Below are positions 20,734-30,940 of a stretch of DNA of 64,000 bases, in pieces. A program made the translations under genes and the position numbers. Location: positions 4,704,001 to 4,768,000 of the forward strand of contig OZ244170.1 of assembly GCA_965216565.1 (NCBI GenBank). The letters are read 5' to 3'. The DNA comes from Bythopirellula sp. (lineage in GTDB: Bacteria; Planctomycetota; Planctomycetia; Pirellulales; Lacipirellulaceae). How positions within the stretch are numbered: position 1 is the stretch's first letter; each line of letters begins with the position of its first letter. Under the pieces are notes generated by a model, which was not told where the DNA came from, searched no databases, and saw nothing but the letters and a program-made list of their open reading frames with translations.

Positions 20734-21017
20734 CTTAAAATCCCGCTGTTTCTCTAACGCGCTATTTCTCTAACGCTAATTCTCAAATCTGCCGGAGCCC
20801 TGCAGTGGGGCCGTGGCAATGGATATCGGCGAATCACCCAATATAGCCAATTCTGGCTGGTCCGCAATTGGGGGTGGCACGCGGTACTGGTTCGCTTTCA
20901 CTATGCGGGTTGGGGGCGGGTAAGGCCCTACTGTGGGTGCCTGGGGTCCGAAGTGAACCTCTACCTGGCATCTCGGGGTTCCTAGGCGATCCCAGGGGAT
21001 TCCTGCTCGGTTCGACC

Positions 21018-21347
21018 CTAATGCTTTCCAAATCCCTGACCGTCAGAACCCGAGGCCTCGTCCTTTTGCCTCTGGATAGCTCTCTTGACCTTGCGGGCCC
21101 GTACTGCCAGCACGAAGGCCCACAGGCTGAGAAAGGCAGCAACCATGGCTGCCACCACCCACAGTTTTCGAAAGTCGCCCGCCTGAGCCTCATCGCTGGG
21201 TGCCATATAGGCCCCCAGGGCTAGCAATATACCCCAGCCCGTCAGGCAGCCGGCAATCACCAGTACCATGATTCGGGATTGCTTTTCGGGTTGCTGGTCG
21301 GAGTGGTTCTCGGAGTTCATTGGATATTGGCTCGCATCGGAGGCCAT
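21018..21347 (-). CDS. Small two-TM membrane protein
   Basis: Two clear hydrophobic helices followed by a basic tail; start uncertain. Confidence 0.65.
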   Translation of the reverse strand: MASDASQYPMNSENHSDQQPEKQSRIMVLVIAGCLTGWGILLALGAYMAPSDEAQAGDFRKLWVVAAMVAAFLSLWAFVLAVRARKVKRAIQRQKDEASGSDGQGFGKH

Positions 21348-21600
21348 TAGTCTTTATTGAGCGAGGGCATCTCAAGGAGCCCCTGTTACCCAGTTAGCGC
21401 AAAAGCGTGAGAGTCGGTCGTGCAATTCGAGATACTTTACTCGAAACTCCGTAGTTGGGGACCCGAAATGCGGAATTACCGCAGCGTTACCCAACAGCCG
21501 CTAGACAAACGAATTGCAATGTGCATTGTAACAGTTTCGGACCATTGTGTTTGAATCATAGTACGTTCGTATCAGCAGCCATCAAGATAGGTAGAGCGCG

Positions 21601-22713
21601 ATGATAGTTGGTGTTCCACGCGAGGTGAAGCAAGACGAGTACCGGGTTTCTATGTTGCCGGTGGGTGTCGAGGAACTGGTCCGACGGGGCCACCAAGTAC
21701 TTGTAGAGAAGGGTGCAGGCACCGGCTCAGGATTGGCCGACGAGGATTACCAGGAGCAAGGGGCCGAACTGATCGAGGGCCCGGCGGATATCTTTGCCCG
21801 CGCCGATATGATCGTGAAGGTCAAGGAACCGCAAGAGTCTGAGTGGAAGATGATGCGGGATGGGCAGATTATGTTCACCTACTTTCACTTTGCCGCGGAC
21901 GAAAAGCTGACCCGCGCGGTGTTAAAATCTGGTAGTACCGCCGTTGCCTACGAAACACTCGAAGATCACCGGGGCCAATTGCCGCTGCTGACGCCGATGA
22001 GCGAAGTAGCGGGCCGCATGAGTGTGCAGGAAGGTGCCAAGTATCTGGAGCGCCCCCAAATGGGTCGCGGCATTCTGCTCGGCGGAGTTCCCGGCGTCGC
22101 CCCGGCAAACATCACGATCTTGGGCGGTGGCGTGGTGGGAGCCAACGCGGCGAAGATCGCCGCCGGTTTCAACGCCAACATCGGCCTGCTGGATATCAAC
22201 ATGGATCGCCTCCGCTACCTCGACGACATCATGCCAGCCAACGTCGACGTGCTGTTTAGCGACCGTCACACCATTCGCGATCAACTGGAACGGGCTGATC
22301 TCGTGGTGGGCGCCGTCCTCATTCCTGGTGCGAAAGCGCCGCGACTCGTGGAAGAGGAAGATCTCAAGCGGATGAAGCCGGGAAGCGTGATTATCGATGT
22401 CGCTATCGACCAGGGCGGTTGTATCGCGACGAGTCGACCGACTTCGCATAGCGAACCGACCTACATGGTGCACGATGTGTTGCACTACTGTGTAACGAAC
22501 ATGCCGGGTGCCGTCGGCCGCACAAGCACATATGCCCTGTGCAATGTGACGCTGCCTTGGACGTTGAAGATCGCCGAATTGGGCATAGAGAAAGCTGCTC
22601 AAGAATTCCTGCCCGTAGCGAAGGCCGTGAATACTCACGGGGGCAAGGTGACCAACGAACCGGTGGCTGAGACGTTTGGCTTAGAATATTCGCCAATGTC
22701 CACGGCAAGTTAA
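21601..22713 (+). CDS. ald: Alanine dehydrogenase
   Basis: GVPREVKQDEYRV, VKVKEP, FTYFHFA, PLLTPMSEVAGR, GGGVVG, DVAIDQGGC, YCVTNMPG. Confidence 0.96.
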   Translation: MIVGVPREVKQDEYRVSMLPVGVEELVRRGHQVLVEKGAGTGSGLADEDYQEQGAELIEGPADIFARADMIVKVKEPQESEWKMMRDGQIMFTYFHFAADEKLTRAVLKSGSTAVAYETLEDHRGQLPLLTPMSEVAGRMSVQEGAKYLERPQMGRGILLGGVPGVAPANITILGGGVVGANAAKIAAGFNANIGLLDINMDRLRYLDDIMPANVDVLFSDRHTIRDQLERADLVVGAVLIPGAKAPRLVEEEDLKRMKPGSVIIDVAIDQGGCIATSRPTSHSEPTYMVHDVLHYCVTNMPGAVGRTSTYALCNVTLPWTLKIAELGIEKAAQEFLPVAKAVNTHGGKVTNEPVAETFGLEYSPMSTAS

Positions 22714-22822
22714 GCCTTTCTCGATCGAACCTCGCTTGGGCGGCGGCTGTCTAAAACAGCAGCCAAAATTGCCCCGATATCCGCTGCCTTCTCCACGCAC
22801 CCGGCCCAGCGACATTGTTCTC

Positions 22823-22842
22823 GTTATAACATGTGTTATAAT
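22823..22842. promoter_or_regulatory. Putative TA autorepression operator overlapping a -10 box
   Basis: Two 8-bp boxes, GTTATAAC (palindromic) and GTTATAAT; the second contains TATAAT; about 20 bp upstream of the antitoxin ATG. Confidence 0.65.
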
Positions 22843-22863
22843 ATGGGTGGGAGATCCAAAGCC

Positions 22864-23088
22864 ATGACGACAGTAAAAGTAACGAAAATCGGCAACTCGG
22901 TGGGCATTGTCTTGCCCAAGGAGATTTTGGAACGATTGCGCGTTAGCCAAGGCGATCAGCTTCACATCTGTGAGACACCCGACGGCGTTTCGCTCACGCC
23001 CTACGACAGCGAGTTCGAGCAGCAGATGGAAGTGGCGGAGCAAGTGATGCGCGAAGATCGTGACGTTCTGCGCAAGCTAGCTGAATAG
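22864..23088 (+). CDS. AbrB/MazE/SpoVT-family antitoxin
   Basis: KVTKIGNSVGIVLPKEIL swapped-hairpin motif; GGGAG upstream of ATG 22864; directly upstream of doc. Confidence 0.9.
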   Translation: MTTVKVTKIGNSVGIVLPKEILERLRVSQGDQLHICETPDGVSLTPYDSEFEQQMEVAEQVMREDRDVLRKLAE

Positions 23089-23094
23089 CAAAAA

Positions 23095-23487
23095 ATGAAC
23101 GAGCCTCGATGGATTCATGAGGAAGCCGTTCTCGCGATGCATCAGCGTCAATTGGCTGAGCATGGTGGCATGGACGGAGTGCGCGATCCTGGTCTGCTCT
23201 CATCGGCATTGGCTCGAGCTAGACATCTGTTTGCATATGCTGGTGATTCTATCGATTTGCCAGCATTAGGTGCTGCGTATGCTTTCGGAATTGCACGAAA
23301 CCATCCATTCATTGATGGGAACAAAAGAACCGCGTTTGTTGTGTGCCGCACATTCCTAATCATCAATGGAAGTGACTTCGAAGCCACTAAGGAGGAGAAA
23401 TATAACACCTTCTTGCAGCTTGCCGAGGGTTCGGTCACAGAAGAAGAACTGGCAAACTGGATTCGGGAGCACTTGCAGCAACGCTAA
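23095..23487 (+). CDS. doc: Death-on-curing (Fic/Doc) family toxin
   Basis: HGGMDGVRDPGLLSSALAR and intact HPFIDGNKRT Fic motif. Confidence 0.92.
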   Translation: MNEPRWIHEEAVLAMHQRQLAEHGGMDGVRDPGLLSSALARARHLFAYAGDSIDLPALGAAYAFGIARNHPFIDGNKRTAFVVCRTFLIINGSDFEATKEEKYNTFLQLAEGSVTEEELANWIREHLQQR

Positions 23488-23515
23488 ATCTATCCAGCGA
23501 AAATAGGAGGCGCGC

Positions 23516-25162
23516 ATGTCTCATCCTTCCATCGGCCAATATCTGATCCAGCGATTGCAGGATTACGGGATCGAAGATCTGTTTGGCATTCCCGGCGACT
23601 ATGTGCTCTCGTTCTACACCATGCTGGAAGAGAGTCCGATCAATACGGTCGGCTGCACGCGGGAGGACTGTGCGGGGTTTGCCGCGGATGCCTATGCTCG
23701 AGTGCGGGGGATGGGCGCAATCTGTGTGACCTACTGTGTGGGTGGATTGAGTGTTTGCAATTCGGTTGCCGGGGCGTATGCGGAGAAGTCGCCGGTGGTG
23801 GTCATCAGCGGATCGCCGGGGTTGGGGGAGCGGATTCACAATCCTCTGTTGCACCACATGGTTCGAAATTGGCGAACCCAGTACGACGTGTTTGAGAAGC
23901 TCTGCGTCGCCGGCGCGGAACTCAACGACCCCCTCACCGCTTTCCGAGAAATCGACCGCGTCCTGGCAACCTGCCAGCGTTACAAGCGGCCCGTCTATTT
24001 GGAGCTGCCGCGTGACATGGTGCACGTGCGGCCGGAAGTAACGCCTCCCTACGAGCAATTGGAACTTGTCAGCGATCCCGCGGCATTGGCGGAGGCGATT
24101 GCCGAGGCGACTTCGCGAATTGAATCGGCCCGCCAGCCCGTTCTGTTGTTAGGCGTCGAAGTTCACCGATTCGGTTTGCAGGACTTGGTGCTCAAACTAG
24201 CCGAGAGCACAGGCATTCCCATGGCAGCTACGATGCTAGGCAAGGGCGTGGTGGCAGAAACGCATCCGCAATACATGGGGCTGTACGAAGGGGCTTTAGG
24301 CCGCGAGGAGGTCACCAAGTTTGTCGAGGAAAGCGACTGCGTCGTCATGCTCGGCACGTTCATGACCGATATCAACCTAGGTATCTACACAGCGAAGCTC
24401 GACATTGGCAAATGCATCTACGCCACTAGCGAAAAGCTCCGCGTGCGGCATCATCACTACCACGACGTGCGGCTAGAAGATTTTCTCGAGGGACTCGTCA
24501 ATCGAGGGCTTACTCCGAAATCGAAGTTGCCTCCGGCGCCAACGGAGTGGAACAAAGAGCCGTTCCAATTAGTTGCCGAGGCACCGATCACCATCACACG
24601 ACTGATCGATAGGCTGGACGAGCAACTCGACGAAACCATTGTTGTGGCCGACATCGGCGATGCACTATTTGCTTCCACGGAACTTACCACACGAGGCCGG
24701 ACAGAGTTCTTAAGCCCGGCCTACTATACCTCGATGGGATTTTCAGTGCCCGCTGCTTTAGGGGCTCAAGTGGCTCGGCCCGACGCGCGTGTTGTGGCTA
24801 TTGCTGGTGACGGCGCGTTTCAAATGACGGGGATGGAACTTTCGAGCATCGTGCGACAGAACATGCCCGTGATTCTCATTGTGCTCAATAATGGTGGCTA
24901 TGGCACCGAGCGGTTATTGCACCCTGGCGAGTACGACTTCAACGACATCCATTCTTGGGACTACCACAAGCTGCCAGAACTCCTCGGCGGAGGGACTGGC
25001 TATGAGGTTCGCACAGAAGGAGACTTCGACAGGGCGATCACCGCAGCCTGGCAAGACACAACTGGCCCCAGCATCTTGCACGTCTATCTGGACCGAAATG
25101 ACTGCAGTCAGGCGCTCGACCGCCTAGGCACGATGATGAGCCAGACGGTCATTCAGAAATAA
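23516..25162 (+). CDS. TPP-dependent alpha-keto acid decarboxylase (indolepyruvate/pyruvate decarboxylase family)
   Basis: [29 protein letters not shown]...NNGGY motifs. Confidence 0.9.
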   Translation: MSHPSIGQYLIQRLQDYGIEDLFGIPGDYVLSFYTMLEESPINTVGCTREDCAGFAADAYARVRGMGAICVTYCVGGLSVCNSVAGAYAEKSPVVVISGSPGLGERIHNPLLHHMVRNWRTQYDVFEKLCVAGAELNDPLTAFREIDRVLATCQRYKRPVYLELPRDMVHVRPEVTPPYEQLELVSDPAALAEAIAEATSRIESARQPVLLLGVEVHRFGLQDLVLKLAESTGIPMAATMLGKGVVAETHPQYMGLYEGALGREEVTKFVEESDCVVMLGTFMTDINLGIYTAKLDIGKCIYATSEKLRVRHHHYHDVRLEDFLEGLVNRGLTPKSKLPPAPTEWNKEPFQLVAEAPITITRLIDRLDEQLDETIVVADIGDALFASTELTTRGRTEFLSPAYYTSMGFSVPAALGAQVARPDARVVAIAGDGAFQMTGMELSSIVRQNMPVILIVLNNGGYGTERLLHPGEYDFNDIHSWDYHKLPELLGGGTGYEVRTEGDFDRAITAAWQDTTGPSILHVYLDRNDCSQALDRLGTMMSQTVIQK

Positions 25163-25347
25163 TGGAATTAGGAGTATTCTCGCAGCATCGCCACAGTCGA
25201 TCTGCCATCGCTTCTAGTTTTGTCTTCATGCTTGTCGTGGTTGATTTCTCCGCGGCTACGCATCTCTCCGAGAGACATATCTGTTGCTAGAATAGAGCCA
25301 GACTAGCCAAGCCAGATACATCCCCCTTCTCCATTCCGCCTTGCACA

Positions 25348-26127
25348 ATGAGCATTTTTTCCCCGATTCTAGTTTTCCTACTCGCACTCACCTTGGCGTT
25401 GATAGTCATTCGTGTTGGCACGATGGCACTTATGTTGACGGGGCTCTCGCGCGAGGCAGCCCGATTCCAATCGCACTCGGCTTTTACGGGGGTTGGATTT
25501 ACGACGGACGAATCGGAATCAATCATGGGCCATCCCGTACGGCGTCATTTGACGATGGCACTAATGATGCTGGGCAATATTGGCATCGCCACGGTGATTG
25601 CGACGCTGACGGCGGCCCTAATTAGTCAAACTACCGCCGACGAATGGGTGATGAGCATCGTCCTGTTGGCACTGGGAATTGGTTTGCTCGTCGTGTTAGC
25701 CAAGAGCCGGTGGGTGGAACGACAACTAAACAGACCAATCGCTTTTGCGCTAAGTAAGTTCACCCATCTCGACGTGCGAGATTATGTTTCGCTGTTGAAT
25801 CTCTCTAGCGGTTTTGCCGTGTACGAGATTTTGGTCCACGCCGATGATTGGGTGGCGAACAAATCGTTAATCGAACTGGGACTCGCCCGCGAGGGCATCT
25901 TGGTGCTCGGCATTCAAAGACAGAACAAAAACTATATCGGAGCCCCTTCGGGCAACAGCCGCATTCGGTCGGGCGACAATCTGGTAATCTACGGTTCGCT
26001 AGAACACGTGCGAGAACTCGATACTCGCCCCGCCGGTGAAGAGGGCGATAATGCCCACGCTAAGGCGACCGAAGAGTACGACAGCTACCTCACCGAAGTG
26101 CAGGATGACGATGTGGTGACGAGGTAG
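25348..26127 (+). CDS. Membrane protein with channel-like helices and C-terminal TrkA-C (RCK_C) domain
   Basis: ARFQSHSAFTGVGFTT pore-like motif; GILVLGIQR...P....IRSGDNLVIYG RCK_C pattern. Confidence 0.8.
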   Translation: MSIFSPILVFLLALTLALIVIRVGTMALMLTGLSREAARFQSHSAFTGVGFTTDESESIMGHPVRRHLTMALMMLGNIGIATVIATLTAALISQTTADEWVMSIVLLALGIGLLVVLAKSRWVERQLNRPIAFALSKFTHLDVRDYVSLLNLSSGFAVYEILVHADDWVANKSLIELGLAREGILVLGIQRQNKNYIGAPSGNSRIRSGDNLVIYGSLEHVRELDTRPAGEEGDNAHAKATEEYDSYLTEVQDDDVVTR

Positions 26128-26191
26128 AATGCAATAGAATCTTGGTCAACGCCACTTTTTTGGAACTGCTAAATCACCATCGAGATTTTTC

Positions 26192-27502
26192 ATGGAACGA
26201 GCCCTTCGTAGTACATTGTTTTCAGTCCTCGCCCTATTAGCGGTTGGCATTGCCGGTTCCTGGAGCGACAACGCTCAGGGAGAGGTGCTGGAAACAACTA
26301 ACGAACAGCAGTGGTACCGTGGCAATCTGCACACCCACTCGCATTGGAGCGATGGGGACGATTATCTGGAGATGATCGCACTCTGGTATCGTGAGCATGG
26401 TTATCAGTTCTTAGTGTTCACTGATCACAATGTCTTGGCCAACACTGAGCGGTGGATCGACGTGAAGAAGAGCAAGGGTGGTTTAGAGGCCTTTGAAAAA
26501 CTGAAGGCAAAGTTTCCGGCACATGTGCAAGAACGGACAACTGAGGAAGGAAACCTTGAGACTCGCCTCCGCACATTTCAGGAAGTTGCCACCCAATTTA
26601 ACGATCCCGGCAAATTCACGCTTATTCAAGGCGAGGAAATTAGTGATCGGTTCGAGGAAAAGCCCATTCATCTCTGCGCGGGAAATATCGTGGATGTGAT
26701 TCCACCGATGCAGGGTGACTCTGTTTTTGACACGATTCAAAACAATGTCCGCGCGGTGATTGTCCAGCGAGAGAAAACGGGCCAGCCGATGATCGTGCAT
26801 TTGAATCACCCAAATTATGGGTATGCCGTGACAGCCGAGGAGTTGATGCGGGTGCGGGGGGAACGGTTCTTCGAAGTTTACAATGGCCATCCTAGCGTGT
26901 TCAACTCGGGCGACGAGCAGCATGCTGGTACAGAGCGGATGTGGGACGTCATGCTCACCCTCCGTCTCACAGAATTGCAGTTGCCGATGTTGTACGGGCT
27001 GGCTGTCGATGATGGGCACAATTACCATTCGATGACCGAGCACCACAGCAACCCGGGAAGAGGGTGGGTGATGGTTCTGGCTGAAGAGCTGACTGCTGAG
27101 TCGCTGATTGAATCGCTCGAGACCGGCAAGTTTTACGCGTCTTGTGGTGTGGAACTGAGCCGCATATCACAAAACAAATCAGGAATTGCGATCGAGATCG
27201 AACCGGTCGAGGGCGAAACCTATGTCACCGAATTCATCGGCACACGGCGTGGATTCGATCGCGGGAGTAAACCCGTGACTGATAACGAGGGCAAGGAGCT
27301 TCACGCCACACGGATTTACAGCGATGATATCGGCGAGACCTTCAAAAAAGTCGAAGGCACCCGAGCCGAATACCAATTTACCGGCGACGAAATCTACGTT
27401 CGCGCACGGGTCACCTCCTCCGCTCCGCAACCCAATCCGGGAGAAGCTGGCGATCGCAAACGTGCTTGGGTGCAACCGATGCTAGGGCCCGCCGTGGACT
27501 AG
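26192..27502 (+). CDS. Secreted PHP-domain metallohydrolase
   Basis: Signal peptide; WYRGNLHTHSHWSDG, FTDHN, LNHP, EVYNG, DDGH. Confidence 0.85.
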   Translation: MERALRSTLFSVLALLAVGIAGSWSDNAQGEVLETTNEQQWYRGNLHTHSHWSDGDDYLEMIALWYREHGYQFLVFTDHNVLANTERWIDVKKSKGGLEAFEKLKAKFPAHVQERTTEEGNLETRLRTFQEVATQFNDPGKFTLIQGEEISDRFEEKPIHLCAGNIVDVIPPMQGDSVFDTIQNNVRAVIVQREKTGQPMIVHLNHPNYGYAVTAEELMRVRGERFFEVYNGHPSVFNSGDEQHAGTERMWDVMLTLRLTELQLPMLYGLAVDDGHNYHSMTEHHSNPGRGWVMVLAEELTAESLIESLETGKFYASCGVELSRISQNKSGIAIEIEPVEGETYVTEFIGTRRGFDRGSKPVTDNEGKELHATRIYSDDIGETFKKVEGTRAEYQFTGDEIYVRARVTSSAPQPNPGEAGDRKRAWVQPMLGPAVD

Positions 27503-29013
27503 TGGGCTCGTCTACGCGAGATCCCTAAAAGCCCAAACGTACTAAGTGCGATCCAAACGCAGGACGGCTCGGGTACTTGCGACAGGGGCGAACTCGGGTT
27601 GTACTCTGTCTGCCAAATGAGAAAGTCGAGACCGTTGACGCTGCGATCGACATTGGCGTCGCCATCGGAGAACAAGGCACTGATGGTACCGTAGCTATTC
27701 TCCCAGGTAGCTAGATCGTTACCGTCAACTGTGCCGCTGCGGTCGAAGTCGCCCGACTCGGTGGCGTCTGTCAAAATGCGATAGATCCCACCGCCGAGGG
27801 TCATAAAGTAGACGTTGCCCGCCGAGTCTTCGGCAAACGATACGGGACCGCCAGTGGTATTGCTTCCGCCGGGGAACAATTCGTCTTCGAGCCGTTCCAC
27901 GGACCCGACAGGGTTGGCTGCATCGAGACTCCAGAAATACTCCTGCTCAGCAAACACATCACCAAATAGATAGCGGCCGTGGACTTCGGGATCGGGTCCC
28001 CGATAAACCACGCCACCAATGACCGAGACGCCGCGGAACTCCGGATCGGACGGGCCCGATCCATTGTGCGAGTAGTCGTAGACTGGGTCGACGACGTTGC
28101 TTCCGGGGGTGTTTTTTAAATTGGTACATGCCGTGGAGGTCACCAACCCTTCGCACGGGTTCCAGCCAAAGTTCTCGCCGCCCGCGCTATCTGAGCGAAT
28201 AACGTCGACCTCTTCCCGCTGACCCGCACCCACGTCGCCAATCCACAGATCGCCCGTGTGACGATCGAAACTTGCTTGAAATGGATTCCGCAGTCCATAG
28301 GCGTAGATTTCATCCTCGCCGGTGGTGGTGGAAAATGGGTTGGAGGAGGGAATGGCGTAGTTGCGTGATGGGTCTGCAGGAAAGTCGTCGCCATCGACAT
28401 CGATCCTCAGCACGTTACCTAACAGATCGCCGGTGATGGTTTGGCCAGGGCCGCTGCCGCCGCCATCGCCAATCGTGATGTGCAGATACGACTCTTCCCC
28501 CGCGTTAGCTTGCGGATTGAAACCTATCCATCCACCATTGTGGTTAGAGAATGTTTGCGGCACTTCCAGAACAGTCGTTGAGTTGGGGTCGGCAACCAAG
28601 GGGTTGGAGCCGCTGACCGTGTACTCGTAAATCGTCGACGTAAACGGATTGTTGTTCCCAGGATTAGCGTCGTTAGGATCGATCGTCGCATGGACATAGA
28701 ATTTACCGTTGGTCTGATAGTTTGGATGGAACGCCAGTCCGAGTAACCCGCCCTCGCCGGTCTCGTCGACTCCAGGTACTTGAACGAATGGAGTCGGCAG
28801 TAGCGTGTCAGTCTGTAGATCGAGAACCCGCACGACTCCGTCGCGTTGCGCTAAAAATAAATGATCGGAATCGCCGGGGGCTGGTGAGGCAGCCAAGATA
28901 GAGACACCGGGAAACGCCACCAACTGGACCCCTGTGATCTCTGCGTCTGCCGACGGGGTATTCCACAAGACAAGAATAAGTACGCATGCGCGCAGAAGAG
29001 CCTTCTTCATCAT
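27499..29013 (-). CDS. PQQ-dependent sugar dehydrogenase-like (GSDH beta-propeller) protein with dockerin-like repeats and PEP-CTERM
   Basis: EGGLLGLAFHP, NHNGG, YGLRNP, GDVG, NFGW; GDFDRSGTVDGNDL repeats; VPEP + TM + RRR C-terminus; start set at MMKKA. Confidence 0.88.
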   Translation of the reverse strand: MMKKALLRACVLILVLWNTPSADAEITGVQLVAFPGVSILAASPAPGDSDHLFLAQRDGVVRVLDLQTDTLLPTPFVQVPGVDETGEGGLLGLAFHPNYQTNGKFYVHATIDPNDANPGNNNPFTSTIYEYTVSGSNPLVADPNSTTVLEVPQTFSNHNGGWIGFNPQANAGEESYLHITIGDGGGSGPGQTITGDLLGNVLRIDVDGDDFPADPSRNYAIPSSNPFSTTTGEDEIYAYGLRNPFQASFDRHTGDLWIGDVGAGQREEVDVIRSDSAGGENFGWNPCEGLVTSTACTNLKNTPGSNVVDPVYDYSHNGSGPSDPEFRGVSVIGGVVYRGPDPEVHGRYLFGDVFAEQEYFWSLDAANPVGSVERLEDELFPGGSNTTGGPVSFAEDSAGNVYFMTLGGGIYRILTDATESGDFDRSGTVDGNDLATWENSYGTISALFSDGDANVDRSVNGLDFLIWQTEYNPSSPLSQVPEPSCVWIALSTFGLLGISRRRAH

Positions 29014-29135
29014 CTGTTCCTCTCGTTCTGTTCCGTGCAGTTTTGCCCCTGCAGCTATGCAGTTTAGTCGCACGTCGCGCAGGGTGTCAACAAAACGAGT
29101 AGAACCTTTGCAGTTTCGAGCCTACAACTTACAGC

Positions 29136-30578
29136 CTATATGTCGTAGTACATGCAGAACTCATAAGGATGAGGACGCAACGCGAGAGCGTCGACCTCGT
29201 TTTCTTTCTTGTAAGAAATCCAGGTGTTGATCACGTCTTGCGTGAAGACGTCGCCGCGGAGTAGGAATTCGTGATCGGCAGCCAGGGCGTCGAGCGCTGC
29301 GTCCAACGAACCGGGCGTGGTTGGCACGTTGGCCATTTCTTCTGGTTCTAGGTCGTAGATATCTTTATCCAGTGGATCGCCAGGGTGGATTTTGTTTTGA
29401 ATGCCGTCGAGGGCTGCCATCATTAGCGCGGAGAATGCCAGGTAAGGATTCGCACTGGGGTCGGGGCAGCGGAACTCAATCCGCTTGGCTTTGGGGTTGG
29501 GGCTGTACATCGGAATGCGACACGCTGCTGAGCGGTTGCGTTGCGAGTACGCCAGGTTGACAGGGGCTTCGTACCCGGGGACTAGGCGTTTGTAACTGTT
29601 GGTCGTGGGATTGGTGAAGGCAAGAATCGCCGGAGCGTGCGTTAAGATGCCGCCGATAGCGAAGAGGGCATCGTCACTCAGGCCCGCGTAGCCGCTGCCG
29701 GCAAAGATTGGTTGGTCGCCTTTCCAAAACGAAATGTGCGTGTGCATGCCGGAACCGTTGTCGCTGAACAGAGGTTTAGGCATAAATGTGACGGTATGTC
29801 CGTGCTGCTTGGCGACATTCTTGATGATGTATTTGTACAGGCACATGTCGTCGGCCATCTGTACCAGGTCGTTGTAACGCAGATCGATTTCCGATTGACC
29901 GGCAGTCGCCACCTCGTGATGCTGGGCCTCCACATCTAAGCCGCAATCGATCATCATCTGCATCATCTCGTTCCGGATGTCCATAAACGAGTCGGCCGGT
30001 GGGCAGGGGAAATAGCCTTCTTTGTGACGCAGTTTGTAACCCAGGTTCGGACCTTCGCCGAGCATCCGCGTATCGGTGCCCCGATTCCATTCCCCTTCGT
30101 TACTATCGATGAAAAAAAAGCTGTGTTCTGGGCGTTGATCGAAACGGACGTCGTCGAAGATGAAGAACTCTGCTTCGGGGCCGATGCGGCAAGAGTCGGC
30201 CACGCCGGTGCTCTTGAGATAGTTCACCGCCTTGCGGGCAACATTGCGAGGATCGCGTGTATAGTCTTCGCGTGTGATGGGGTCCTGAATGTTACAAATC
30301 ATCACTAGCGTGGCCAATTCGGTGAATGGATCGATAAACGCCGTCTCGGCCTGCGGCACAAGCAGCATGTCGCTCTCGTTGATCGCCTGCCACCCGCGAA
30401 TGCTGGAGCCATCGAACCCCAGTCCGTCTTCGAATACATCTTCATCGAGTTTGCCGACAGGGATAGTGAAGTGCTGCCAGAGCCCGGGAAAATCCATGAA
30501 GCGTAGATCAACTGCTTTGACGCTTTTTTCACGGCACAGAGCCAAAACGTCTTGGGGTTTCATTTGAATGTCTGTCAT
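29136..30578 (-). CDS. glnA: Glutamine synthetase type I
   Basis: [61 protein letters not shown] region with the adenylylation Tyr. Confidence 0.97.
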   Translation of the reverse strand: MTDIQMKPQDVLALCREKSVKAVDLRFMDFPGLWQHFTIPVGKLDEDVFEDGLGFDGSSIRGWQAINESDMLLVPQAETAFIDPFTELATLVMICNIQDPITREDYTRDPRNVARKAVNYLKSTGVADSCRIGPEAEFFIFDDVRFDQRPEHSFFFIDSNEGEWNRGTDTRMLGEGPNLGYKLRHKEGYFPCPPADSFMDIRNEMMQMMIDCGLDVEAQHHEVATAGQSEIDLRYNDLVQMADDMCLYKYIIKNVAKQHGHTVTFMPKPLFSDNGSGMHTHISFWKGDQPIFAGSGYAGLSDDALFAIGGILTHAPAILAFTNPTTNSYKRLVPGYEAPVNLAYSQRNRSAACRIPMYSPNPKAKRIEFRCPDPSANPYLAFSALMMAALDGIQNKIHPGDPLDKDIYDLEPEEMANVPTTPGSLDAALDALAADHEFLLRGDVFTQDVINTWISYKKENEVDALALRPHPYEFCMYYDI

Positions 30579-30690
30579 GTTGGACTCGAGAGATTGTTTG
30601 AATTACTGATGGACACGAATGAAAACGAATAGGGCATAGAAACTTAGTCTTTCCCATCCGCGTTTGGGATTTTGATGGGTTGAAACTTTC

Positions 30691-30770
30691 TTGAGCCGAT
30701 AGCACTAGCCACGGGTGCACTGGGTGGTCTCGTGCTCTATGAGCATCCGAAACTAACGCGTTCGGCTCAA
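30691..30770. repeat. REP doublet (TGAGCCG family), copy 1
   Basis: TTGAGCCGATAGCACTAGCCACGG ... CCGAAACTAACGCGTTCGGCTCAA inverted arms; related copy at 40147-40227. Confidence 0.65.
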
Positions 30771-30940
30771 TAGATTGGAAACCGGTTTCGAGTCTATTCG
30801 TGGTGCAAAACTCAAAGGCTGAGGTGCCATGAAGATACAACAGAAAACCCCTCTCCGCCAGCGGGCGAAGAGGGGCGATAGCTTTCGAATTATCGTTCCA
30901 GTTTACCGGGGGTGGGCCCAGGTAACTTAGGTTTGATAGC

